IMG/VR virus record: IMGVR_UViG_3300026116_000015
Length of the DNA: 46,622 nucleotides
Source of the DNA: a virus
Direction: 5' to 3' (one strand)
Under the pieces are notes generated by a model. The model worked only from the letters and a program-made list of their open reading frames with translations. It was not told the DNA's origin and ran no database searches. The translations under genes and the position numbers were made by a program. Numbering within the stretch: the stretch's first letter is position 1; each line of letters starts with the position of its first letter. This document shows positions 34,413 through 41,365 of this stretch, one piece after another.

Positions 34413-34593
34413 CGAACGGACGGGAGTTGAACCCGCTTGACCTCGACTGCGGGCCGGGTTCGGCGGCGAACCACTTGTTTTGCTGCGCCTGGCAATCGCG
34501 AGTGTTCAAAGAATCGGAGCGACCCGCCGCTGAGGTACCGTTCAACCCGGCGAAGAGAAGATCGGCGCAGAGAGGTACACGACGGGTCGCTCC
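34413..34593 (-). ncRNA. Candidate structured RNA with a tRNA/tmRNA-like T-arm and acceptor-like 3' strand
   Basis: Minus strand: GCGGG-TTCAACT-CCCGT (34436..34420) then CCGTTCG. GGTTCG-CCGC-CGAACC hairpin at 34457-72. 11-bp perfect helix 34516-26 / 34583-93. No credible ORF. Confidence 0.3.
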
Positions 34594-34674
34594 GAAGGTC
34601 GCGCGGTGAGGTCCGCCGAATACGCTCCCGCAGGAGGCAGATCCGGCGACCGCGCGACCACCGCAGCGCGCGAG

Positions 34675-34989
34675 TTATTCGCCGCTCGCCGTGCTCGCCG
34701 TGGTGTCCTTCTTCGGTATGACGTACTTCCGCACGCTGACCTTTTCCTCTGAGCGCTTCAGGACCGCGATCATTGGCTGGTCGCCGTCGCCGTAGCCGTA
34801 GCCGGAGCCGTCGCCGTCGCCGTAGCCGTAGCCGGAGCCGGAGCCGTCGCCGTCGCCGGAGCCGTAGCCGTAGCCGGAGCCGTAGCCGTAGCCGGAGCCG
34901 TCGCCGGAGCCGTCGCCGTAGCCGACTTGGGCATTCGCCAAAGTCGGCAGTTCACCACGGATTACCCGTTCCACGGCGCGGCCTCCCAC
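34675..34989 (-). CDS. Gly-Tyr/Asp/Ser dipeptide-repeat protein
   Basis: 48-residue (G-[YDS])24 tract followed by QPMIAVLKRSEEKVSVRKYVIPKKD. In this frame every repeat codon ends in C. Start uncertain (34989, 34974 or 34941). Confidence 0.5.
   Translation of the reverse strand: MGGRAVERVIRGELPTLANAQVGYGDGSGDGSGYGYGSGYGYGSGDGDGSGSGYGYGDGDGSGYGYGDGDQPMIAVLKRSEEKVSVRKYVIPKKDTTASTASGE
34780..34923. repeat. 24 tandem hexanucleotide units (GTCGCC / GTAGCC / GGAGCC), including a perfect 30-nt duplication
   Basis: 34780-34809 equals 34810-34839. The remaining units are permutations of the same three hexamers. Confidence 0.95.
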
Positions 34990-35255
34990 TTCGTGACGGC
35001 TTCCGGCGAAACTTCAAGGACAGCAGTGATGTCACGCAGTTCGATGTCGGCGGGCGGCCCGATCTTGCAGTTGCGGTTCGGTCCGACAGATGCGAGCCCC
35101 ATGAATCCGCGCAGATCCGCCGACCAGTAGACGCAGAGCCGAGCGCGTTTCAGTTTGATGGTTGCGCCGGACGTGTCCTCCGCGAAGCCGAAGAACACTC
35201 CCTTGTGGACGGTGGTCACGATGACAGGACGCTCGGAAGATTTCTTGGTGGCCAT
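34962..35255 (-). CDS. Hypothetical protein (97 aa)
   Basis: Good coding bias. Starts MATKKSSERPVIVTTVHKGVFFG. Confidence 0.7.
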   Translation of the reverse strand: MATKKSSERPVIVTTVHKGVFFGFAEDTSGATIKLKRARLCVYWSADLRGFMGLASVGPNRNCKIGPPADIELRDITAVLEVSPEAVTKWEAAPWNG

Positions 35256-35393
35256 TCTTTCCTCCTATTCGCAGGGGCTTCCATTCGCACCCTCGATGTT
35301 GAGCGGCGGCGGCACGATGCTTCCGGCGCTGCCCCTGCGATGGAGTTCCGCTAGGTTGCGGTTACCGCCACCGCCCAACATCCAAGGAATGAA

Positions 35394-35549
35394 CTACCGC
35401 TTGACTTCGATGTAGAACGATTGCTCCAGCCGCACGATGATTTCGGCGTTCAGGCTGCGGTGGTTCTTCGCCGCTTCCTTCGCCAATTTGTCATGCAGTT
35501 CGCGCGACCACCTGAGCCGCCCCTCAATTCGTTCATCCCGCTTCGGCAT
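35394..35549 (-). CDS. Arc/MetJ-type ribbon-helix-helix repressor (51 aa, below the ORF-track cut-off)
   Basis: EGRLRWSRELHDKLAKEAAKNHRSLNAEIIVRLEQS matches the Arc-like pattern (RSLNAEI). Confidence 0.7.
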   Translation of the reverse strand: MPKRDERIEGRLRWSRELHDKLAKEAAKNHRSLNAEIIVRLEQSFYIEVKR

Positions 35550-35556
35550 GGGTAGC

Positions 35557-35585
35557 AATATGGGGCCACCGCGCGGCTACGTCAA
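35557..35585 (-). promoter_or_regulatory. Candidate promoter producing a leaderless Arc-like mRNA
   Basis: Minus strand: TTGACG (35585..35580), 17-nt spacer, CATATT (35562..35557), 7 nt to ATG 35549. No SD. Confidence 0.4.
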
Positions 35586-35600
35586 GCAAAATCTTTCAAA

Positions 35601-35756
35601 TCACGGAACGAATACGACCGGCACCGACGGACCCTCTTCCGCAGCGTCCGCAAGCGCCTCGAACACGCGCCGGATTTCGGTGATGGTGTCGCTCGTGGAC
35701 TCGTGCTCTGTGCCATTCAGGACGACCTCGATTGCGCGCATGCTGACTTCGATCAT
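35601..35756 (-). CDS. Hypothetical small acidic protein (51 aa)
   Basis: ATGA overlap with the upstream gene. High third-position GC. Confidence 0.5.
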   Translation of the reverse strand: MIEVSMRAIEVVLNGTEHESTSDTITEIRRVFEALADAAEEGPSVPVVFVP

Positions 35757-35947
35757 GGGTTCCTCGGCGACGCGTGAATTTCAACCTGCCCGGACTCGAC
35801 GGGCCACAGCGTCTCGTCGTGACCATCAAGCTCCACGATGATGATTCCGTTCTCCTGCACGCTGAAGACGACGCCACATCTACCATGAACCTCTGAGTAA
35901 TCCGCTATCGTGACCCGCTGACCAACTTCAACCGTCGCGTCACTCAC
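35753..35947 (-). CDS. Hypothetical small protein (64 aa)
   Basis: ORF in an operon chain, beta-rich. Confidence 0.55.
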   Translation of the reverse strand: MSDATVEVGQRVTIADYSEVHGRCGVVFSVQENGIIIVELDGHDETLWPVESGQVEIHASPRNP

Positions 35948-36381
35948 AAAGCCTCCACGCCGACAGTCGGTATCTCAGCAACGCGAAAGAGTTCTCCGCA
36001 GTGCTCGCAGCGATGCGTCTTGTGCGGGTAAGTGGCCCACTCTTCACGGTCGATATGCTGGCCTCGGCACTTCGGGCAATGCAGGACCATCGGGATCGGC
36101 CGAATGCCGTACGCCAACATGGCGTCACGCATCCCCTCCGCCCGTCCGTGCTCTTTGTCGCGTTCGCGCATCAGTTCGGCCACGCGAGCGGCCCATTCGT
36201 TTTCACACGTGTCCTGAAGACGCCGCACATCATCCCGCAGCCGACTCGCCTCCGAACTCCAGAAGTCTCGATCTTTCTTCAGTTGCTCAATCTCGCGCAT
36301 CAGGCGGTCGTGGTGAATCTCGAATGCCGCGATCCGCGCAACTTCGGGCATGTCATCGGTCATATCGTTTGCGCTCGGCAT
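35944..36381 (-). CDS. Coiled-coil protein with a C-terminal zinc ribbon (145 aa)
   Basis: ATG 36381 shares a base with the upstream TGA. Contains CPKCRG...CEHCG. Confidence 0.65.
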   Translation of the reverse strand: MPSANDMTDDMPEVARIAAFEIHHDRLMREIEQLKKDRDFWSSEASRLRDDVRRLQDTCENEWAARVAELMRERDKEHGRAEGMRDAMLAYGIRPIPMVLHCPKCRGQHIDREEWATYPHKTHRCEHCGELFRVAEIPTVGVEAL

Positions 36382-36770
36382 CAGCCCTTCCTTTTCTCGC
36401 GGAAGCGGCGGACGCGCTCGCGCGTCATCTCCCGCTGCTGTTCCTCGTTCGCCACCACCTTGTACTCTTCCCAGTTGACGAGCTGCCATCCGCGGCTTGA
36501 GTCCTCGCGAATCGGGATGATGCGCCGCCCCTCTTCAGCCTGCGAGCGTGACTCTGGATCTGGCGCGCCGAGGAGTTCGAGTGCGGCCTTCGTGTCATCG
36601 ACGCTCAACCCAGCCTTCGCAGCCAACCGCTCAACCGGCATGTCGACGACGCCCGTACGATTCTTGTCCGCAATGATGAGCATCGTGATCCACAACCACC
36701 GGGCGGCCGTCGGGACACTCTGCAAGTTGAGCGACGAGTCGAGAATGGATTCGAAGACCCTCGTATACAT
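36381..36770 (-). CDS. Winged-helix DNA-binding protein (replication-organiser-like N-domain)
   Basis: FESILDSS...ARWLWITMLIIADKNRTGVVDMPVERLAAKAGLSVDDTKAALELL resembles phage replisome-organiser / DnaD-like N-domains. First gene of its operon. Confidence 0.5.
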   Translation of the reverse strand: MYTRVFESILDSSLNLQSVPTAARWLWITMLIIADKNRTGVVDMPVERLAAKAGLSVDDTKAALELLGAPDPESRSQAEEGRRIIPIREDSSRGWQLVNWEEYKVVANEEQQREMTRERVRRFREKRKG

Positions 36771-36773
36771 TTG

Positions 36774-36874
36774 CGTTACAGACGTTACATGCGTTTCATC
36801 GCAAAGTCAACGGGCAAAATTCAACAAAATGAGGGAGTTACCTACGGTGTAATGGAATGTAACGTTCGGTAACA
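36774..36874. promoter_or_regulatory. Cluster of GTTAC/GTAAC repeats in an AT-richer leader (operators or iterons)
   Basis: CGTTACA at 36774-80 and 36783-89, and its complement TGTAACG at 36857-63. GTTACC 36837-42 faces GGTAAC 36868-73. Confidence 0.4.
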
Positions 36875-36985
36875 CCTCAGAGGCAGATGCAGAAGCAACT
36901 CCAGATTCAAATTCATTCTTTTCTTTGGTGCAACCTTTCTTTGAAATCGCTCACCTCTTCCTCTTTTCGCGCCTCATTTGAGGTG

Positions 36986-37025
36986 GAAAAACAAGAAGAC
37001 CGGCACCCACGGGCGTTCGGTGCCG
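36986..37025 (-). terminator. Rho-independent terminator after the Dam gene
   Basis: CGGCACC (37001-07) pairs with GGTGCCG (37019-25). The minus strand continues TCTTCTTGTTTTTCC. Confidence 0.6.
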
Positions 37026-37068
37026 CGCTGGAGCGACAGCAGGGTAGGGTTGCTGCCGTTGCTGATGG

Positions 37069-37470
37069 TCACGCGCCGAAGAGCAAGAGAACGCAGTCAA
37101 CCGGCGAGGTGTGTTTGTTCCCGACGAACTTCGGCTTTCCGAGGAAGAATTCAACTCGGGCGCCTAGGCTCAGCGCGCGGTGAAACCATCGGGCATTCGT
37201 TCGCGCCGGTACGAGCAAGCAAGCGAAATCAGCGGTCTCCGCAAGCTCCACGAACGGACGGATGTTCGACCATGGTGGATTGCAGAACACGCGCTCGCCC
37301 TTCCACGGCAGCGGCCTCGCGAACGTCGATGCGTGCTTCAGCAGACGGTTGCGCCGCTCGGCCGCGCCGTCCATAGTGAAGTTGAATCGTGCGTGTAGGC
37401 GATCAAACAGCTCGCGGGGCGTCTGGTGAGTCTGTCGACGCGCGCCCTGATACCAATCAACGTAAGCCAT
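37069..37470 (-). CDS. dam: Phage-type DNA N6-adenine methyltransferase
   Basis: QTPRELFDRLHARFNFTMDGAA and the catalytic NPPW motif (VFCNPPWSN). Confidence 0.8.
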   Translation of the reverse strand: MAYVDWYQGARRQTHQTPRELFDRLHARFNFTMDGAAERRNRLLKHASTFARPLPWKGERVFCNPPWSNIRPFVELAETADFACLLVPARTNARWFHRALSLGARVEFFLGKPKFVGNKHTSPVDCVLLLFGA

Positions 37471-37547
37471 TCTTCACCACGGCCCGCCGAATCGACCGGC
37501 GGGCTCTTTCCCTTTCAGAACAGGCGCGACGATAGTCTTAAACACCC

Positions 37548-37748
37548 TCACTTCCGCCCCGAATGCGGCGCCCGCTGGTCGACGGGTACGTGAGCCCGTC
37601 TGAGCACGCGTAGGAACGGTAGCCGCGCGAACCGCGACGCGATACCGCCGACCTGCATCACCGAGGCTCCCGCGCAGATCGGGCATCGGCCTTCGTGGAG
37701 CTCGACGCGCCGATCGCAGTCCACGCAGAGGGCGAGGGCGATGTTCAT
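37548..37748 (-). CDS. Small zinc-ribbon protein (66 aa)
   Basis: Contains CVDCD...CPICG. ATG 37748 overlaps the stop of a bridging mini-ORF. Confidence 0.45.
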   Translation of the reverse strand: MNIALALCVDCDRRVELHEGRCPICAGASVMQVGGIASRFARLPFLRVLRRAHVPVDQRAPHSGRK

Positions 37749-37810
37749 GCAGCGGGCGCCCCGCACTCCTCGCAGCGCGCATTCTCTGATGTCGTGTATG
37801 CGGGATTCAT
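37745..37810 (-). CDS. 21-codon bridging mini-ORF (MNPAYTTSENARCEECGAPAA)
   Basis: ATGA overlap with the upstream stop (37810/37807) and ATGA overlap with the downstream start (37748/37745). Confidence 0.25.
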   Translation of the reverse strand: MNPAYTTSENARCEECGAPAA

Positions 37811-38271
37811 CGCCCGTCCTCCCTTTCCGCCTGCGCGTCGAATGGCGATCCATCAGCGTGGAAGTACGGCCCGCCGTGCGTGTCCCACCGCAACCGATGA
37901 CGCCCCAACTTCGCGACCAGCCGCGCCGCCGACTCCTGCACCGGCCCGGACAGCGCTTCGGCCGACGCCACAACTTCGGCGATTTTCAGCAATTCGGGGG
38001 CCGCCGCGAACAACTCAGCGAGCGCGTCGCAGGCTTCCATGGTTGACTCGTATGCGCCCGTCTCGTTGATGGTGATGTACTCGCCGTGGCACTCCTGCAA
38101 CCCCTCGTGAGAGGCGCTGCGGTAGAACTTCGGGCGTTCATTCGTCCGTCCGATGAGAATGTGCGGGAAGTAGGCACGCTTACCCTCGTGCATGTTGGCC
38201 GGGCTGTTCGTTACGGCCGTAATTACCAATTGGGACAGCGACAAGGGCGCTCTCTTGGCTTGCTTCATCAC
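37807..38271 (-). CDS. Hypothetical protein (154 aa)
   Basis: ORF in an operon chain with ATGA overlap upstream. Confidence 0.65.
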   Translation of the reverse strand: MMKQAKRAPLSLSQLVITAVTNSPANMHEGKRAYFPHILIGRTNERPKFYRSASHEGLQECHGEYITINETGAYESTMEACDALAELFAAAPELLKIAEVVASAEALSGPVQESAARLVAKLGRHRLRWDTHGGPYFHADGSPFDAQAEREDGR

Positions 38272-38471
38272 TCACCATCCAATCTGCGCTCTTGCGCTTC
38301 CGGGCCGAGAAACTGCTGCACGTGCTCAGCGTGTTCTCTGCGAGCGCCCGTAGCGGTGATCGAATACGACAGTTTCCACCCGCACGAACAGGTTGCGCGG
38401 TAGAGCATTTCGCGACGCGCCTTGTCGACGCGCTGCGACTTCAGCGTGAGGGTGTGGGGTTCGGCGCTCAT
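38268..38471 (-). CDS. Hypothetical small protein (67 aa)
   Basis: ATG 38471. ATGA overlaps on both sides. Confidence 0.5.
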   Translation of the reverse strand: MSAEPHTLTLKSQRVDKARREMLYRATCSCGWKLSYSITATGARREHAEHVQQFLGPEAQERRLDGE

Positions 38472-38683
38472 GGCCGGACCTTCGTGCAAACGCGGTAGAC
38501 GCCCGCGCCCAGGTGCTTTGACGTGATGTCGTAAATGCGGCCAGCGAGAAGTAGTTCCCCGCCAGTGCTGAGCATGATCTCCCACAACTGCGCCTTCGTG
38601 ACCGACGAATGGCCCAATCCGGGCATGCTCGCGAGGTGCTTCAGGACGTCTTCCGATTCTGCGGAGAGGGTCGCGGTGGTCAT
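38468..38683 (-). CDS. Hypothetical small protein (71 aa)
   Basis: ATGA-coupled chain member. Confidence 0.55.
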   Translation of the reverse strand: MTTATLSAESEDVLKHLASMPGLGHSSVTKAQLWEIMLSTGGELLLAGRIYDITSKHLGAGVYRVCTKVRP

Positions 38684-38859
38684 CGCCGCGCCTTCAATTT
38701 CTGCTCGTACGCGATGTAAAGCTCTTCGATCTGCTCATCCGTCAGCGTTTCGAGGAGTATTGCGTACAGGTTCTCTTCGGTCAGAGAGGGGATGATCTCC
38801 CTGACTAGATCAAGCACTTCCTCTTGTGTTGCGCGACCCACGATCTGCTCTGCGTTCAT
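38680..38859 (-). CDS. Hypothetical acidic helical protein (59 aa, below the track cut-off); first gene of its operon
   Basis: GAGGAGGAAAG SD 4 nt before ATG 38859. ATGA overlap with the next gene. Confidence 0.6.
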   Translation of the reverse strand: MNAEQIVGRATQEEVLDLVREIIPSLTEENLYAILLETLTDEQIEELYIAYEQKLKARR

Positions 38860-39015
38860 TATCTTTCCTCCTCAAAATCCTTGTACGTCCCGGCGCACAC
38901 GCCAGGATCGGTTCGGACGCTCGTCGCGTCGAAATGACAACGTCTCCCACCGAAAAGCGCTGTCGTGCTTTCCATGCGAGCAATGTACTTCCGGCTTGCC
39001 TGAAAGTCAAGGGAC

Positions 39016-39044
39016 TTGCCAAAATGTTCTGGAGGGCCTATATT
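39016..39044 (+). promoter_or_regulatory. Candidate sigma70-like promoter for the rightward operon (near-leaderless)
   Basis: TTGCCA (39016-21), 17-nt spacer, TATATT (39039-44), 8 nt to ATG 39053. No SD. Confidence 0.45.
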
Positions 39045-39052
39045 GGCTCCTC

Positions 39053-39226
39053 ATGAAGAAGCCGAAGAAGGGCAGCCCACGACCCGGACGCCCGCCGATG
39101 GAGAGCAAGGGTCAGCGATTGGAACAGGTTACGATCCGCATCTTCCCGCATCAGCACACGGAACTACTTCGACGCGGGGGCAATGCGGCAGTTCGTGCGT
39201 GGCTCGACATGCGGGAGGCGCGCTGA
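39053..39226 (+). CDS. Small basic DNA-binding-like regulator (57 aa)
   Basis: KKGSPRPGRPP arm, then VTIRIFPHQHTELLRR (strand-helix, RHH-like). First gene after the promoter. Confidence 0.5.
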   Translation: MKKPKKGSPRPGRPPMESKGQRLEQVTIRIFPHQHTELLRRGGNAAVRAWLDMREAR

Positions 39227-39359
39227 TGCCAGCCTTCTTTCGTCTGCGCTGCGAGTTCGGATGGTTTCGCTACGCGGTCAGGCGCCACATCTGGAGATAA
39301 GGTAAAAAAGCAGAAAGGCGCGGCCGTAACCGCGCCCTTCGCGAAACAGGAGGAGAATC

Positions 39360-39650
39360 TTGAACGAGACAATTCAACCACAGATTCGGTACAGAGTCGA
39401 GATCACCAGCATTGAAATGGTCGACCGACCGCGCAGAGAATGGCGGCAGGTTCGCACGCGGCCGGAGAATCAAACCCCCGAAGAGCGGCGGACGTTCGTC
39501 GAGTTTGAGTACATCGATGACGTATGGCCCGTCGAGGTGAGACGCACCATCCTGCTACAGGAAGTTGAAACCTACCTCCCTCTCGCCCAAGTGATCGCCG
39601 CCGTCAACAGCTTCGATCTCGCCGAGACGACGGCGCCGGAGGTGCGATGA
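39360..39650 (+). CDS. Hypothetical protein (96 aa, TTG start)
   Basis: AGGAGG lies 6 nt before TTG 39360. Confidence 0.6.
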   Translation: MNETIQPQIRYRVEITSIEMVDRPRREWRQVRTRPENQTPEERRTFVEFEYIDDVWPVEVRRTILLQEVETYLPLAQVIAAVNSFDLAETTAPEVR

Positions 39651-40150
39651 GAGAGGAGATTAGGCCGTACCCGCGAAATCCAGAATATGAAGTGAGCAAC
39701 CTTGGCCGCGTGCGCACGGTTGGCGGAAAATGGCGATCAGTTAAGGCGCGCAAGGACCGAGGCAACTATTACTACGTGTCCATCAAGCATCCGGACGGTC
39801 GCCGAAAGAACGAGGCGATTCACCGGATGGTGACCATCACGTTTCACGGCGAGCCGCCAGCGGGTCATGAGGTTGGGCATCGAGACGGCGTTCCAACGAA
39901 CAACATCGCCACAAATCTTCGTTGGGTGACCCGATCGGAAAACGTCCGCGATGCGATTCGTCACGGCACGTTCATGCGGCTGAGCGGCGACGCGAACCCG
40001 CGCACGCACATACCTGACGCCGAAATTCCGATCATCCGCCGGCGACATGCGCGCGGCGAAACCCGAACGGAGATAGCGCGCGATTACGCTACGAGTCCGC
40101 CATACATTGGCCACATCGTGGCAGGGAGGCGCCGCCAGCATGTCCAGTAA
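39647..40150 (+). CDS. HNH homing-type endonuclease (NUMOD4 / HNH_3)
   Basis: YEVSNLGRVRT, then HRMV...GHEVGHRDGVPTNNIATNLRWVTRSEN, followed by a C-terminal HTH-like tail. Confidence 0.85.
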   Translation: MREEIRPYPRNPEYEVSNLGRVRTVGGKWRSVKARKDRGNYYYVSIKHPDGRRKNEAIHRMVTITFHGEPPAGHEVGHRDGVPTNNIATNLRWVTRSENVRDAIRHGTFMRLSGDANPRTHIPDAEIPIIRRRHARGETRTEIARDYATSPPYIGHIVAGRRRQHVQ

Positions 40151-41084
40151 CTATCTCCTCTGCGGAGTGCATCCGAACATCGACGCTGCGCGGTACCATC
40201 AGGACCCAACACCCGAACCTTCGCTGACCAGTTCGGGGATCAAGCGGCTATTCAGCGGATCGCCTGCCGATTTCGCTGCTCGTCATCCGAAGCTGACCAA
40301 GCGCCTCCCTGATGGGAAACTGGCGTGGCCGGAGTTGTTCGATTCGTCCGACGCGCAGGATCTCGGAACTGTGGTCCATGCTCTCGTCCTGGGCACGATC
40401 AACCAGTGCCTCGTTGCCGACCCCGAGGACGCGCCAGTCACGACCGACCAGGGCGGCGCGTACAAGACGTGGAGCGGCAAAGCGGCAGCGTGGAAGAAGG
40501 CCCAGGAAGCGACCGGCGCGATCGTCCTGAACCGCGAGAAGGGCGAGCACGTGCAGTCCGCGGCCGAGTCGATGATCCGCCTGCTGCGCGACGAGTATGA
40601 CGACTGGCCGATCGGCGACTCGGAAGTTACGCTGATTTGGCGGCGGGCTACCTCGCTCGGGCCGATCCTCTGCCGGGCACGCGTCGACCATCTGGCGTTG
40701 CGGCACATGGTCCTGCTCGATCCGAAGTCCACCGGCCGGGGCATCAGTGACCGCATGCTTCAGAAGATGGCCGCGGATGACGGCTGGGGCATTCAGGCGG
40801 CGTGGTACCTGGAGGGCGTAGAGCAGTGCCATCCGGATGTCGATCTGGCGGGGCGTCTGCGCTTCCGTTTCCCCGTCGTCGAGATGACGCCGCCGTATCA
40901 GGCGCGGTTCGTCGATCTGCCGGAAGCGTGGATTCACATCGCGCGGCAGCGAAACGACCGCGCGGCCGAGTTGTTCGCGAAGTGCCTCGCGGCAAACGAA
41001 TGGCCGACATACTCACCGGTCTACGCACCCGAGCCTCCGGCGTGGATGCTCGCCGAGTTTGAGAATGAGGAGACGCAATCGTGA
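40140..41084 (+). CDS. PD-(D/E)xK exonuclease, RecE / DUF3799-like
   Basis: ARYHQDP...SLTSSGIK, GTVVHALVLG, VDHLALRHMVLLDPKS (D...D-x-K), QAAWY. Confidence 0.7.
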   Translation: MSSNYLLCGVHPNIDAARYHQDPTPEPSLTSSGIKRLFSGSPADFAARHPKLTKRLPDGKLAWPELFDSSDAQDLGTVVHALVLGTINQCLVADPEDAPVTTDQGGAYKTWSGKAAAWKKAQEATGAIVLNREKGEHVQSAAESMIRLLRDEYDDWPIGDSEVTLIWRRATSLGPILCRARVDHLALRHMVLLDPKSTGRGISDRMLQKMAADDGWGIQAAWYLEGVEQCHPDVDLAGRLRFRFPVVEMTPPYQARFVDLPEAWIHIARQRNDRAAELFAKCLAANEWPTYSPVYAPEPPAWMLAEFENEETQS

Positions 41085-41365
41085 GCGAGCGCACATACGA
41101 CGACTATGAGATGGAACGCCTTGCCGCGGAGCGTGCGCACCACTTACGCACAGCACCGATCAATGGCGGCGAATTCGCCTTCATGAATGGCGCGACGATC
41201 GTATCCGCTGGTCTCATCGATTGTCTGGACGGGAGCCAAGTGATCGAGGGGGGATTCACTTTGGATCTGTGCATGCCCAACGGATCGGCCCGCCGCGTCG
41301 TGCTCGGCTATACGGAACTCGGCGAGTGGATAGAGTTCGATTCGGGCGCGGAGACCAAGCCATGA
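41081..41365 (+). CDS. Hypothetical protein (94 aa, GTG start)
   Basis: GTGA overlap upstream and ATGA overlap downstream. Confidence 0.6.
   Translation: MSERTYDDYEMERLAAERAHHLRTAPINGGEFAFMNGATIVSAGLIDCLDGSQVIEGGFTLDLCMPNGSARRVVLGYTELGEWIEFDSGAETKP

Noticed and set aside
34413-34436. A complete tRNA or tmRNA gene
   Set aside because: Only a T-arm and a 3' acceptor-like strand can be drawn. There is no matching 5' acceptor strand at tRNA distance, no D-arm, no 7-nt anticodon loop, no tag reading frame and no CCA. It is kept only as a tRNA-like element.
34780-34923. Possible CRISPR array or other spacer-repeat structure
   Set aside because: The period is 6 nt with no spacers. It is a simple coding-compatible microsatellite. 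No cas genes are present anywhere.
34773-35354. 193-aa plus-strand ORF with an RSRSRS repeat
   Set aside because: It is the antisense reading of the hexanucleotide repeat. The downstream part overlaps a well-behaved minus-strand gene (34962..35255).
39317-39336. GC hairpin GGCGCGG-CCGTAA-CCGCGCC as the terminator of the small regulator gene on the plus strand
   Set aside because: The T-run (TTTCTGCTTTTTT) is on the minus-strand side only, and no minus-strand gene lies upstream of it. Its role is unclear (possibly it blocks antisense transcription).
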